Below, piece after piece: positions 46,481-56,334 of a stretch of DNA of 64,000 bases. Below the pieces are notes generated by a model. That model was not told where the DNA came from and did not search any database. It was given only the letters and a program-made list of their open reading frames with translations. Source of the DNA: an uncultured virus (IMG/VR IMGVR_UViG_3300046691_000240) (taxonomy: Duplodnaviria > Heunggongvirae > Uroviricota > Caudoviricetes). The position numbers and the translations under genes are program-made. The stretch is from IMG/VR virus record IMGVR_UViG_3300046691_000240. The stretch is one strand, 5' to 3'. The number at the start of each line of letters is the position of its first letter. Within the stretch, counting starts at the first letter, position 1.

Positions 46481-46853
46481 CGTTCCCCCCTGCCGGTGTG
46501 TCCCGGCTTTGTTCGACTTTGAGCATCTGTTGGATCACCGCCTGCTGCACCTGCAGCACACGAATTTTGTCGTTGAGCTTGTCGAGTTCGCGCTGCAGCT
46601 GCTCGCGCGAGGTGTAATCCTTGAGCAGGGCGGCCATGGCCTTGTTCTGGTTGGCCAACTCGCCCTCGATCGCGGACAGCTTTAGATTGGTGTCCTGCAT
46701 GTGGACGGTGATGAGGGGGGATTGCTGGGAGAGGATTCTGACGTCTGCGATGGAACCAAGCAGGACCATGGCGGCGACTGCTGTACTGATGGCGGTGACG
46801 AAGCGAGTGACGCCCATGCCCCACCCCCGCTCGCTTGTATTGGGATCAGGCAT
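46467..46853 (-). CDS. Membrane-anchored coiled-coil protein (lysis-associated?)
   Basis: AAGGAG RBS before ATG46853; N-terminal TM followed by coiled coil. Confidence 0.6.
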   Translation of the reverse strand: MPDPNTSERGWGMGVTRFVTAISTAVAAMVLLGSIADVRILSQQSPLITVHMQDTNLKLSAIEGELANQNKAMAALLKDYTSREQLQRELDKLNDKIRVLQVQQAVIQQMLKVEQSRDTPAGGNDGTS

Positions 46854-46899
46854 ACGTGTCACTCCTTGGCAGCTATTCTTATTGTTTTTGCTTGCCTGA

Positions 46900-46954
46900 A
46901 TTATAGCCGTAGGGCCTGAAATCAGACCCCGCATAGCCACATTTCTCAGACCCC
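46900..46954 (-). promoter_or_regulatory. Candidate promoter for the lysis-associated genes
   Basis: TATAAT (46905-46900) preceded by two GGGGTCTGA direct repeats 24 bp apart. Confidence 0.45.
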
Positions 46955-46958
46955 AAAC

Positions 46959-47576
46959 TTACTTGTAGAGCAGCAGGGTGACCCCGAGGTCCGCCAGCGT
47001 GGCGTCCTGCGTGGTGGTGGTGTAGAGCTTGATCCAGTCCCCGGCCACCAGGTTGAACACCGTGGCGGTGGGCACCGCTGTGAACACCCCGGTTTGCGAG
47101 CCCGCCGCGAACAGGATGCTGCCGATGTTCACCCCGTTTTTGTTGATGTACAGCGTGGTGTTCACCGTGGCCGCGATCTCTGCGAACGCCCGCGAACCGG
47201 CAAAGTCGGCAGGGATGGTCATGGACATCGGCGCGATGAACCGGTGCAGCGTGCTGCTCACCCCCGGCGCCCCGGGCTTGCCCGCAACCGTCGCTTCCGA
47301 AAGGTGGGAACTGGCCCCGCCCGCCGCCTCGGTGAACGTGACGGTGGCCACCCCGGTCGCGGTTTCCGTCACCGTCACCACCGAGCCCACAAACTTCAGG
47401 GTGTGGAACGTGCCGAGGTCGGTGGTCTCGTCCAGCAGCGTTACGCGCGGCGTGCCCCTGACTTGCGCCACGGTCGCCTTGCGAGATTGCGGGGTCGACC
47501 CACCGACCGAGACCAGTACCAGGTCCCCATCTACCAGCGTCCCCGCCGGGGTTAGCTGACTCAGTTTCTTAGCCAT
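46959..47576 (-). CDS. Short tail fibre-like protein
   Basis: MAKKLSQL N-terminus; C-domain paralogous to 50526-52124. Confidence 0.7.
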   Translation of the reverse strand: MAKKLSQLTPAGTLVDGDLVLVSVGGSTPQSRKATVAQVRGTPRVTLLDETTDLGTFHTLKFVGSVVTVTETATGVATVTFTEAAGGASSHLSEATVAGKPGAPGVSSTLHRFIAPMSMTIPADFAGSRAFAEIAATVNTTLYINKNGVNIGSILFAAGSQTGVFTAVPTATVFNLVAGDWIKLYTTTTQDATLADLGVTLLLYK

Positions 47577-47584
47577 GTGATACC

Positions 47585-48352
47585 TCAGTCCGTTGGGTCG
47601 ATGAGCAGGTTGGTGATCCAGGCGTGTGCCTCAAGCGGGTTCCACGTTGTCCCGTCAGTCCGTAGCCACTGCCAGCGCAGGTCATAGGTGCCGGGGAGCA
47701 GGGTGAAGCCGTAGTTGCCGGTGATAAGGTCCATCACGTCGCCGCCCACGTCGACCGGGTACGCCACCATCTGTTCTACGTCGTCGAGGTAGAACCGCAG
47801 GAGGTCACTCGCCTCGGGGGTGGGGCTGCCGAACTGGCGCCCGCGCACACCGAAATCGAAACTGACGTAGGTGCGTGGCGCCGTGACCACGAGGGTCAGG
47901 GTGGCGCTCTCGTCGGCCCCGGCCAGTGATGGGCTTGGGCTGCGCAGGACGCCGTCGGTCTTGGCGTTGGTCAGGTAGTAGCGGCCCAGCACCCACGTCC
48001 CTGCGGTCGGGGTGCTGGTCGTGAACAGCTCCATGGTCGGCAGGGGGCTGGAGAGCGTCCCGGTTTCTTCGATCAGGGTGAAGCCGCCTTCCATCAGCAG
48101 CACGTCTCCGGTCTCGCGCACGAAGGTGGTCGAGGTCATCGGCGGCGCGGAAAACACCAGTTCGAGGTAGGTGGGGATGATTTCCGGCGGGTCCCCGGGG
48201 GGCTCACTGTCGCCGAAATCGGTCGGCAGGAACGGCTCGCCTCGGTAGGTGGCATCCGTGCTCACCGTCGACTTCGCCGTCACCCGGGCAAACGGCTGGC
48301 CGTTGTAGGTCCAGTTGAGCGCGAGCAGTTCGTCCCTTGTTGGCAGGGTCAT
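47585..48352 (-). CDS. Tail-associated adaptor/binding protein
   Basis: TYNGQPF/TYRGEPF repeats; ETGDVLLMEGG motif; beta-rich C-domain. Confidence 0.6.
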   Translation of the reverse strand: MTLPTRDELLALNWTYNGQPFARVTAKSTVSTDATYRGEPFLPTDFGDSEPPGDPPEIIPTYLELVFSAPPMTSTTFVRETGDVLLMEGGFTLIEETGTLSSPLPTMELFTTSTPTAGTWVLGRYYLTNAKTDGVLRSPSPSLAGADESATLTLVVTAPRTYVSFDFGVRGRQFGSPTPEASDLLRFYLDDVEQMVAYPVDVGGDVMDLITGNYGFTLLPGTYDLRWQWLRTDGTTWNPLEAHAWITNLLIDPTD

Positions 48353-48353
48353 A

Positions 48354-50522
48354 TCAGGCCTCCTGCGTCACTTCGACGTCATCGAAGTAGGCCGAGTAGA
48401 CATCCGGCGGGGTCAGTTCCGCAGGCCCGTAGCTGCCGTAGGTGGCATGGACGTAGGCATACACCGGCACCACGCAATCCACCCCGGGGGTAAAGGTCAG
48501 CGTGACCTGTTGCCACGAGCCAATGACGGCCATGTCGGCGGGCACCTGAATCAACGGCAGCTCCATGGTGGTGTCCGGCAGCACCATCAGCCCGAAGGTC
48601 GCGGTCGGGAAGTCGGTCGGGTCGTCGTACTGGGTGAAGGTGTTGAACTCGACGTAAACCCAGCAGGTGACGGTGACCTCTTTGTCAGCCTCGCAGGCCA
48701 CCAGCGTCAGTTGGTGGCCGGGAGCGCCAGCCGGGCGGTCGTTGTGCAACCACCCCCATATCGGGACGTACAGCCGCCACGCCAAGCCGCTGGCGGTGTG
48801 CCGGATGTCTTGGCTGCTCTCGAACATCTCGTTGCCGTTTACGATGGTCCGGTTTTTGTTCGGGTCCCCGCCGATCCGGGTCTGGCGAACCAGGGTCGGG
48901 TAGTTGTCCAGCGCGTAATAGAGCGTCGTCCCCTCGGCGTCCAGGTCAATCAGCAGGTCCGCCATGTTGTCGAAGTGCAAGTGGAGCGGGCGCTGTGATA
49001 AGGGGTACGTCACGTTGAAGTTGAGTGTGTTGTTCTCGATCACCGTCCCTACCAGCTTGAGGCCGCTACAGTCCCCGTCCAGCAACACGCCAGTCGTGTT
49101 GTTGTCGATCTTGCCGATGGCGTAGGTAGTTGGGTTGACCTGAAAAGAAGCCCCCGGAATCCATGCCGAGTAGGGGGTTTCGTTCCGGGCGTAGCCGTGG
49201 ATGCGACCCACGGTGAATTTGCCGGGGCGGTTTGGCGTGGTCAACGCGGTCAGACTCGCCCAGACCTGCTTGCAGCGGAAGTCGAAGTATCCGGCGTAGC
49301 GCTGAAAGCCGCTGCCCCCGCCTGTTGGCAGGTAGGTGACCGGGGTGTCACAGGCGATGAAGCCGAGGAAGTCATAGACCGGGGCGGTCTGGAATTTGCC
49401 CTGCCCCACCGACAGGTCGGTGGCTCCGACAACGCAGTAGGTGAAGCCCATGTTCAGCAGGCTAACGTCCGACTGGTTGGTCGAATCCGCACGGATACCG
49501 GAGAACAGGGTCATGCCGCACATCCACGTCTCGCCGGTTTTGGTGCTCATGTCCGTGCGGTTCCAGCCACCCTCGATGGTGATCTTGTTCCGCACGTATC
49601 TCCTGTCCGTGTTATCCCAAGAGGACGCCAGCTTCAGGGGGTTGCGGATGTAGGTTGTCACCGACTCGGTGGTGCCCCGGTAGGGTTTGTCGGGCATGGT
49701 GAACCCGTTCAAAAGCCGGTACCGGTTACCGGTTACCTTCACCCCTGTCTCAGCCAGATCGGCAACGGGGTACCACTCCGTCTCACCGCCTGCGTTCTTC
49801 CCGATCAGGGAGTACAGGTCGATCAGGTCCGACGCACCGGGGGCTTTGCACAAGGTAAACCCGTCGAAGCCGAGGATGGCCGTGCCGGGGTCTGCCGTGA
49901 AGTAGATGGCCACCGAGTTGATGGCGGTTCCCGGCAAGGCCGAACCGTAGTCCAGCATCATGGGCAACCAATGGGCCGTGTTGAAGTTGTCCGAGTTCAA
50001 GAAGTCCACGATGTACGTCATCGTCTTGCTGATCTCGGCCACGATGGTGTCCCCCGTCGTGTCCGAGCACAGGCAAATCTTGAAACTGAAGTTCGAGGTC
50101 GTCTGCGACAGGAGGTAGAAAGCGATCTGCTGGAACGCCGAGACAGTCAGCGGCGAAGGCAGCGTCTTGTAAGCCGCCTTGCCGGTGGTGAACCCACTGG
50201 CGACGTTCAACTGCACGAAGCTGCTGCCGGTCTTGCTCTTGTTCCCGGTCGGGTGGGTGACCGTGACGTTGGTTGCTGCTGTCCAGCCGGACTCGCAGCC
50301 GTCGATCTTGAGGTTGGCGGTGTTCGTCCAGGTGATGTCCTTCGAGTTGTCCGTCCACGACGCACTGCCGACGCTGAAAGCATCAGGGCTGGCGATCAGC
50401 CGGATGGTGTCCAGATCGGAGGTAACGCCAGTGACCGAGTTGAAGGTGCGCTTGCGGTTGGCGAACGACAGGCCGTTGTTGGCATCGTTGCCCGCGACCG
50501 GGTCCACATAGAGGATCGTCAT
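48354..50522 (-). CDS. Receptor-binding/tailspike-like protein
   Basis: YVDPVAGNDANNG N-terminal motif; beta-rich body; carbohydrate-binding-like C-terminus. Confidence 0.65.
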   Translation of the reverse strand: MTILYVDPVAGNDANNGLSFANRKRTFNSVTGVTSDLDTIRLIASPDAFSVGSASWTDNSKDITWTNTANLKIDGCESGWTAATNVTVTHPTGNKSKTGSSFVQLNVASGFTTGKAAYKTLPSPLTVSAFQQIAFYLLSQTTSNFSFKICLCSDTTGDTIVAEISKTMTYIVDFLNSDNFNTAHWLPMMLDYGSALPGTAINSVAIYFTADPGTAILGFDGFTLCKAPGASDLIDLYSLIGKNAGGETEWYPVADLAETGVKVTGNRYRLLNGFTMPDKPYRGTTESVTTYIRNPLKLASSWDNTDRRYVRNKITIEGGWNRTDMSTKTGETWMCGMTLFSGIRADSTNQSDVSLLNMGFTYCVVGATDLSVGQGKFQTAPVYDFLGFIACDTPVTYLPTGGGSGFQRYAGYFDFRCKQVWASLTALTTPNRPGKFTVGRIHGYARNETPYSAWIPGASFQVNPTTYAIGKIDNNTTGVLLDGDCSGLKLVGTVIENNTLNFNVTYPLSQRPLHLHFDNMADLLIDLDAEGTTLYYALDNYPTLVRQTRIGGDPNKNRTIVNGNEMFESSQDIRHTASGLAWRLYVPIWGWLHNDRPAGAPGHQLTLVACEADKEVTVTCWVYVEFNTFTQYDDPTDFPTATFGLMVLPDTTMELPLIQVPADMAVIGSWQQVTLTFTPGVDCVVPVYAYVHATYGSYGPAELTPPDVYSAYFDDVEVTQEA

Positions 50523-50525
50523 AAA

Positions 50526-52124
50526 TTATGCTCTCACGCCAGCCAGAGTAATGGAGACGCCCGACAGGGTGGCGTCCTGCGGGGTTGGGGCGGTGATCTC
50601 AAGGATGTCGCCGACCACGAAACTCACCGCCGCCCCGCCCGAGGTGGCGAAGGTGCCGACCGTGCCTGCCGCAGCAAAGGTCAGGGTGCCGACTTGAGTC
50701 CCGTTCTTTTTCACCAGGAAGACGGCCGACGCCGTAGCTGCGACCACCGCATCGGATTCCGACAGGGCGAAGTTGGCCGCGAAGTCCACGGCCTTGGTGA
50801 AGTTGTGCCGGAAGGCCACCGCGCCACTTGGGCGCTTGTCGGCGATGTACATCGAGACGTCATAGTCCACGGCGCCGCCCGCGGTCCCCGGGATGGTGAC
50901 CAGGATGTGCCCGGTCGCGGTCTGGGTCACGGTCACCCCGTCGCCCTCGAAGTTGATCAGGACCACGGCCGAATCCACCGCGGCACCTTCGTCCTGTGCC
51001 GCCAGCGCGCTGGCCGAGCCCGACACGGTGACCTTCACCTGCCCGCTGGCCGTCTGGGTCACCGCCACCCCGGCGCCCTCGAAGTTGATCCCCGCCACCG
51101 CGCTATCCACCGCCGTGCCTTCATCCTTGACGACTAGGCTGGGCGTCAGCACCGACCCCGGGGTCACTAACTCGACGCCGGTCTCGTCGGCGCGCACCCG
51201 CACTAGGCGCAGCGCTTGGCCGGTGTAGGTGTCCGGCGTGTCATTCAGCTTGAGCAGGCTGTTGATCGGGACGTTCGCGCCCTGGCGGAAAATGTGGACC
51301 ACGTTGGTGCTGTCGCAGTACAGCACGGCGTGCTCCCCGGCCAGCAGCGCAATGCCGGTACCGGCGGCGGTCTTGACGGTCACGGTGCTGGCGTTGGCCG
51401 TGGTGCACTCGTTGATGACGATGTACACCTTGTCTTTGTTCGGCACCGTCACCGTGCGGCTCACGGTCAGGGCCCCGGTCAGGCGCAGGCCTGCGGCTTC
51501 CATCGCTTGCGCAGCGGTCGGGGTGAAGTTCGCCGCGCTCATGTCCGCCGACAGCATGTCGCTGAAGGCCTTTTCCGTGGCGAGCAGGCGCGCGGCCGGG
51601 GTCGTGTAGGTGATCCCCGAATAGACGCTCGACGCCAGATCCCCGATGTCCGGGGCCGCCGGGGTGACGGTGGCCAGCTGGGTGATGGTGCCGAACACCG
51701 CGCCATCCCAGACCACGCTGTAGATCGCCCCGGTGCTGATGTCGTCCACATACGGGATGTCCGACCCGTTGAAGCGGATGTAATAGGTGGCAGGCGGCTT
51801 GCCGGTGAAACTGAGCACCGTGCTCGCCGCCTGGTAGTGCATCAGGCTGAGCGTGCCATCCCAGCAGAAGCCCGACGTCAGCGTCAGGTTGGCGCCGCTG
51901 GTGCTGTCCGAGAACGACCCCGAACCCACGAACCACATGCCGGAGGTGCCATAGGTGGCCTTGCCGATGTTGCCCGAGTTCGCCAGCCCGCTGCTCCCGC
52001 TAGAGACCGAGGCCAGCGAGGATTCAACGGCGGCCAAGAAGCTGAGCAGCGCAGACACGTTGGCGTTGTGTTTGCTGATGTAGTTCATATCGCCGACGGC
52101 GAACTCTTGCAGAATGATAGGCAT
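50526..52124 (-). CDS. Tail fibre protein
   Basis: LTGALTVSRTVTVP module, LNDTPDTYTGQ, duplicated DEG..INFEG.GV.VT repeat. Confidence 0.75.
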   Translation of the reverse strand: MPIILQEFAVGDMNYISKHNANVSALLSFLAAVESSLASVSSGSSGLANSGNIGKATYGTSGMWFVGSGSFSDSTSGANLTLTSGFCWDGTLSLMHYQAASTVLSFTGKPPATYYIRFNGSDIPYVDDISTGAIYSVVWDGAVFGTITQLATVTPAAPDIGDLASSVYSGITYTTPAARLLATEKAFSDMLSADMSAANFTPTAAQAMEAAGLRLTGALTVSRTVTVPNKDKVYIVINECTTANASTVTVKTAAGTGIALLAGEHAVLYCDSTNVVHIFRQGANVPINSLLKLNDTPDTYTGQALRLVRVRADETGVELVTPGSVLTPSLVVKDEGTAVDSAVAGINFEGAGVAVTQTASGQVKVTVSGSASALAAQDEGAAVDSAVVLINFEGDGVTVTQTATGHILVTIPGTAGGAVDYDVSMYIADKRPSGAVAFRHNFTKAVDFAANFALSESDAVVAATASAVFLVKKNGTQVGTLTFAAAGTVGTFATSGGAAVSFVVGDILEITAPTPQDATLSGVSITLAGVRA

Positions 52125-52127
52125 GTC

Positions 52128-52640
52128 TTACCTCAGCTCAAGAAGGATGCCGCCGCTGAAAAGGGCGGTGGTGCCGTAGGCCACTGTTCCGTAGCCGCCG
52201 TTGGTTGCGATCTCCCCATACGTCAGGGCTCTGGCAGATAGGCCAATGTCGACGGGGCTGGCGAGGGTGTAGGGGATCGGGTCGAACCCGGGCTCGGGGA
52301 TTACGACCCCGACCCGGGTGTAGGTGCCAACCCGGCGCTTGGAAAAGCCCACCACTTCCCAACGGCCGGAGTCCGAGCGGCGCAAGCGCACCGCCGAGCC
52401 GATGTCGGTGTAGATCAGGTCTTTGTTCGCGGCGGCGATGGGCACGTTACGCAGGGGCGCAACCACTTCCTGCCCGTTGTTGTTGTCGATCAACTTGACC
52501 CCGATGTCGACATCGACCCCATAGGTCAGGGACATGCCATCGGTGATCAGCAGAGTGGGGCGGGTCAGGGTGGTGCCGTCCACCTCCCGTTGGGCTTGGT
52601 CGATCTCTGCTCGCATCAGGTACGTCAGGTAACCACTCAT
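52128..52640 (-). CDS. Tail tip assembly protein
   Basis: Position; VDVDIG..LRNVPIA..GSAVRLRR..WEVVG. Confidence 0.6.
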   Translation of the reverse strand: MSGYLTYLMRAEIDQAQREVDGTTLTRPTLLITDGMSLTYGVDVDIGVKLIDNNNGQEVVAPLRNVPIAAANKDLIYTDIGSAVRLRRSDSGRWEVVGFSKRRVGTYTRVGVVIPEPGFDPIPYTLASPVDIGLSARALTYGEIATNGGYGTVAYGTTALFSGGILLELR

Positions 52641-54112
52641 ACGCGGAACCCCTTAACGGAGAGGACGGCGGCAGCCCCGTGCGACAAGTCGCGGGAGTAG
52701 TCGTTGACGTACAGGCGGGACCCGTCGGGCAGGCGCAGGATGTCGCCCTTTTCGATTTCCAGGTGATCGACAATGTCGACGTTCCAGCTGTGGGCCGCGA
52801 GGCTGCGGTACAGCAGTTCGCGGACGGCCATGGCCTGCGCGTGGGCCTCGTTCATCACGAAGTCGGAGGTCACGGTTTCCTCCAGCCGCACCCACGCCGG
52901 GGCGTTCTGGTCGAAGGCTTCGGTGGTGTTGACCTCGTGCACGTAGTCGTAGGGGTCGCCCCAGATTTCATACGAACCGGTGCCCAGCGACATCATGGTC
53001 AGCATGTTGGCCACCTGAAATCCCGCCTCGATCTTGCGCCCGAGGGGGATGGTCACGCCGCCGCCAACAGCCGCCACGCCGTCGGGGATCGTTGACGCAT
53101 AGATCATCATCGCCATGTTCGCGGCGGCCAAGGTCGGCACCCATGCGTGCGTGGTGACGGTGACCTTGCCGGAGAACTCATCCGCCTGCGAATAGTCCTC
53201 GCTGCCGACCGGCAACAGGCCGTCATTGATCGAGGCCAGCACCTTCATGTAGGTGTTTTCGGCCCGCTGACGGCGGTCGTCCGACCAGTACAGGCGCTGT
53301 GTCTGCTTGAGTTTGAAGAAGCCCGCAGTGATCGACGCCTTTGCCAGCACTTGGGTCTGGGTGTTGGTCTTGGCCAGCTCAGGGTTAAGCCACTTGACGA
53401 TCAGGTTGGTGATCGGCGGGCGCACCCGTTCGCCGGTGATGTTCAGGATGTCCGCCGCTTCCAGCTGCAAATCGTGGTTGCGGATGACGTCGCGGGAGAT
53501 CGTGGCCAGCTTGCCGGTGGCCGTCACGAAGGGCTCCACGCCGTTGGCCTGCAAGATCAGGGTGAGCATTTCCCAGACCGGCACCTCGGCCAGTTGCGTG
53601 TCGCCGTGCACGGTGTGCAAGCCGGTCAGGATCAGCGGCGGCATCTCGCCGCTGGTAAGGCCGAGGCTGCGCAGCACGTCCTGGATGATCACGCCCAGCT
53701 CAGTGCCGACTGGGTAAGTGTCCGTGGACCACGGGGTCTGGCGCCACAGCGGGGTGGCATCGCGGGTCTTCACCGACAGGCCGAGGGCGCGGGTGCCATG
53801 TTCTTCCCGGTACCCGGTCAAGCCGTCGACTTGCCCATTGAACAGGGTCTGGCCATCCACGGCGATCTGGATGAAGTCGCCGATACGCGGCTGGGTCGCG
53901 CCGAACAGTTCGTGGTTGAACCGCAGCCCAAGGTCCGCGCCGCTGGCCGAACAGCTAAGGCTGTCGACGTAGGGGGACAGCTCCAGATCAGGAGTGGCCG
54001 TGCCATTAATCAGGGTCTCCCAAGTGGTGGTGGCCGCCCGGTAGTGTTTGGTGGTGATCGCCCTGGCAATGTCCGGCGAGGCGTAAGCCGGTAGGTAGAG
54101 GTCGGTTCTCAT
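52637..54112 (-). CDS. Tail tip hub-like protein
   Basis: Position and size; LFNGQVD N-terminus; LEIEKGDILRL C-terminus. Confidence 0.6.
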   Translation of the reverse strand: MRTDLYLPAYASPDIARAITTKHYRAATTTWETLINGTATPDLELSPYVDSLSCSASGADLGLRFNHELFGATQPRIGDFIQIAVDGQTLFNGQVDGLTGYREEHGTRALGLSVKTRDATPLWRQTPWSTDTYPVGTELGVIIQDVLRSLGLTSGEMPPLILTGLHTVHGDTQLAEVPVWEMLTLILQANGVEPFVTATGKLATISRDVIRNHDLQLEAADILNITGERVRPPITNLIVKWLNPELAKTNTQTQVLAKASITAGFFKLKQTQRLYWSDDRRQRAENTYMKVLASINDGLLPVGSEDYSQADEFSGKVTVTTHAWVPTLAAANMAMMIYASTIPDGVAAVGGGVTIPLGRKIEAGFQVANMLTMMSLGTGSYEIWGDPYDYVHEVNTTEAFDQNAPAWVRLEETVTSDFVMNEAHAQAMAVRELLYRSLAAHSWNVDIVDHLEIEKGDILRLPDGSRLYVNDYSRDLSHGAAAVLSVKGFRV

Positions 54113-54115
54113 GGG

Positions 54116-55195
54116 CTACACCTGCGCAGTCGCGGTTAGGGTGTCGGACCCGGCCAGCGAGCTGGTCACGTAGGTTCTCGAATTCCCATTGAGGTCGGTG
54201 GTGTGCTGGATCGGTGCCACCACGATGCCGAGCGCGGTCTCCAGCGAGTAGTTCACCACCACCCCGGGCACCCCTTCGCCGGCGGCGCCGTAGACCTTGC
54301 TCAGAAACTCCACCCGGCGGCCCACGCGCGGGACCTGCAGCGGGATCGGGCCTGCCATACCGTGGGCGACCGGGATCGGGTAGTAGCCGCGCACGCGGCA
54401 GGTGCAGGTGCCTTCGGGCATGGTGTCGGGGGTGCGCTCGAAACAGAGGATGCGCTTCGACACCCGATCCCATGACCACACCCGTTCGTTGTCGGTCAGG
54501 CCTACGTGCAGGACGCTCAGCACCTGCCCGGTGATGTAGCTAAACAGGGTGAGGGTGCCGTCGTTGGCCACCGTGTAGGCGCGGCGGTCGTCCGCCATAA
54601 AGATCGACTCGGGCACCCCGCAGACCTTGAACTTGTAAAGGAACTCGCCGGTCGACTCCCGGTAAACGCCGATCTCGCGCAGCGCGTTGTTGTCGGTCGC
54701 CGCGATGAACAGGGCGACGTCGGCTTCTTCGTCGATGCACGGCACCGTCGCCAGCAGGGGGTCGCCCTCGTAGTAGCCGGGGCCGTGGAGCAAGGTGAAC
54801 TGGAAGGTGTACGGGTCGAGTTTGTGGACGCTGTTGTCCGGCAGAATCCAGCGGTTGGTGGCGTAAGTGGTGCCGTTGTTGCCGGAGGTGAACTCGGTAA
54901 AGCCGAGCGCCTGCTGCCGGGCGTCGTGGCCGAGAAACTTCCCGGTCAGGCCGCTCCAGCGCATCGCCACCACGTTCGCCCCTTGGGTGATGCGCGCATG
55001 GTTGAGCGCAAAGAACACGATCTCGTAGTCGGTCGGGCTCTCCGGGTTCTCGATCACCGTGACGCCGTTGACCCACCAGATGTACTCGTCATAGATGCGG
55101 GTCCGGTCAACGCTGCTCGCCCACGGGTCGTAGCCGTCGTCAGGCAGCACGCGGTAGACGCCGGGGTCGCTGGTATAAACTTCTTTGATCGGCAT
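54116..55195 (-). CDS. Minor tail protein with C-terminal Ig-like domain
   Basis: TGATG coupling; GEGVPGVVVNY..TTDLNGNS. Confidence 0.6.
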   Translation of the reverse strand: MPIKEVYTSDPGVYRVLPDDGYDPWASSVDRTRIYDEYIWWVNGVTVIENPESPTDYEIVFFALNHARITQGANVVAMRWSGLTGKFLGHDARQQALGFTEFTSGNNGTTYATNRWILPDNSVHKLDPYTFQFTLLHGPGYYEGDPLLATVPCIDEEADVALFIAATDNNALREIGVYRESTGEFLYKFKVCGVPESIFMADDRRAYTVANDGTLTLFSYITGQVLSVLHVGLTDNERVWSWDRVSKRILCFERTPDTMPEGTCTCRVRGYYPIPVAHGMAGPIPLQVPRVGRRVEFLSKVYGAAGEGVPGVVVNYSLETALGIVVAPIQHTTDLNGNSRTYVTSSLAGSDTLTATAQV

Positions 55196-56334
55196 CAGTA
55201 AACAACCTCCGCAGTGATGGTCGTGCCTTCCCATGCCCCGTCAGCGCGTGGCGGGAAGGACACCATGGTTTCGGCATAGCCGCCGTCGTCCGTCACCGAC
55301 TGCGGGATGCCGACCGTTCCCACGTTCGAGCAGGTCCAATTCACCCGGTGGCCAATGCAGGGATCGCCGTCGGCGCCGGTCAGGCGCACGCGGTAGCGCA
55401 CCGCTTCCCCGGTGCGGGTCGGGGAGAGGGCGACCGGGTTGCTCAGCGTCATCGGCGCAGCCTCGTCGGCGAAGATCGAGATCCGCAGGTGGAAGTCCGT
55501 AGGCGAAGTCGACGGGGTGTCCTGCACGAGCCAGAACTTGTGCTTGACGGAGTAGCCGACTAAGCGGGGGTAGGTTTGCCCGCCAATCGCCAGTTCGTAG
55601 CTCAGTTCCGCCTGAAAGCCCAGCCGCCGCACCCAGCCGAGGGTGGTCTTGGCCACATAGTCGTACTCCACCGCCCGGGTCTCGGTGCCCTTGCTCCAGA
55701 CCAGAAACACGGTGCGGTCGGGGGTGCTCGACTGCATCAGCGTTGCGGCGTTGGCGGTAGGGCGCCAGTCTTCCCAAACACCGGAGCCTGGAACCACGGA
55801 GGTTTGAATGGTGTGCTCGGCCACCGGCGGGGAGTCCGCCCCGTAGGCCAGCGAGAAAATCTTGGTGGTGCCGTTGCCGACGTAGAACGGCGGCTCGATG
55901 GTCTTGCCCAGAAAAATCATCCGGTCAGGCAGGAACATGCGGATGTGCGGGCTGACTTCATGCACCCCGTCAGACGCGACGTTGAGCGGGATGTTTTCGG
56001 GCGCGTAGGGCGGCTCTAGGCTGTGCCAGTCGACGTCCCGGGCGAAGTTGTAGTCAGGCGGTTCGCCGGTGTACGCCGCCAGCCTGCGCTTGGCCAAGTC
56101 GTAGTACGGGGTGAAATCCGTACCGTAAGGCCGCGACCGGCGCGGGGTGAAGGTGCCATCCAACTGCAGGATGCCCAACCCATACTCAAGTTCGACAGCG
56201 GATGGGTTCGGGTGCCACGAGCTGGAGGCCAGAAAGCCGTCCAGCTCATCACACCAGAAATGAATGCCCGCCTCACGGTAGTTCCCGTACAGGTCCTTCA
56301 TCTCGAACGGGCCCGAGATTTTCTTGAGCGCCAT
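55195..56334 (-). CDS. Minor tail protein with C-terminal Ig-like domain
   Basis: TAATG coupling (start MALKK); GDPCIGHRVNW..VTDDGGYA. Confidence 0.6.
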   Translation of the reverse strand: MALKKISGPFEMKDLYGNYREAGIHFWCDELDGFLASSSWHPNPSAVELEYGLGILQLDGTFTPRRSRPYGTDFTPYYDLAKRRLAAYTGEPPDYNFARDVDWHSLEPPYAPENIPLNVASDGVHEVSPHIRMFLPDRMIFLGKTIEPPFYVGNGTTKIFSLAYGADSPPVAEHTIQTSVVPGSGVWEDWRPTANAATLMQSSTPDRTVFLVWSKGTETRAVEYDYVAKTTLGWVRRLGFQAELSYELAIGGQTYPRLVGYSVKHKFWLVQDTPSTSPTDFHLRISIFADEAAPMTLSNPVALSPTRTGEAVRYRVRLTGADGDPCIGHRVNWTCSNVGTVGIPQSVTDDGGYAETMVSFPPRADGAWEGTTITAEVVY

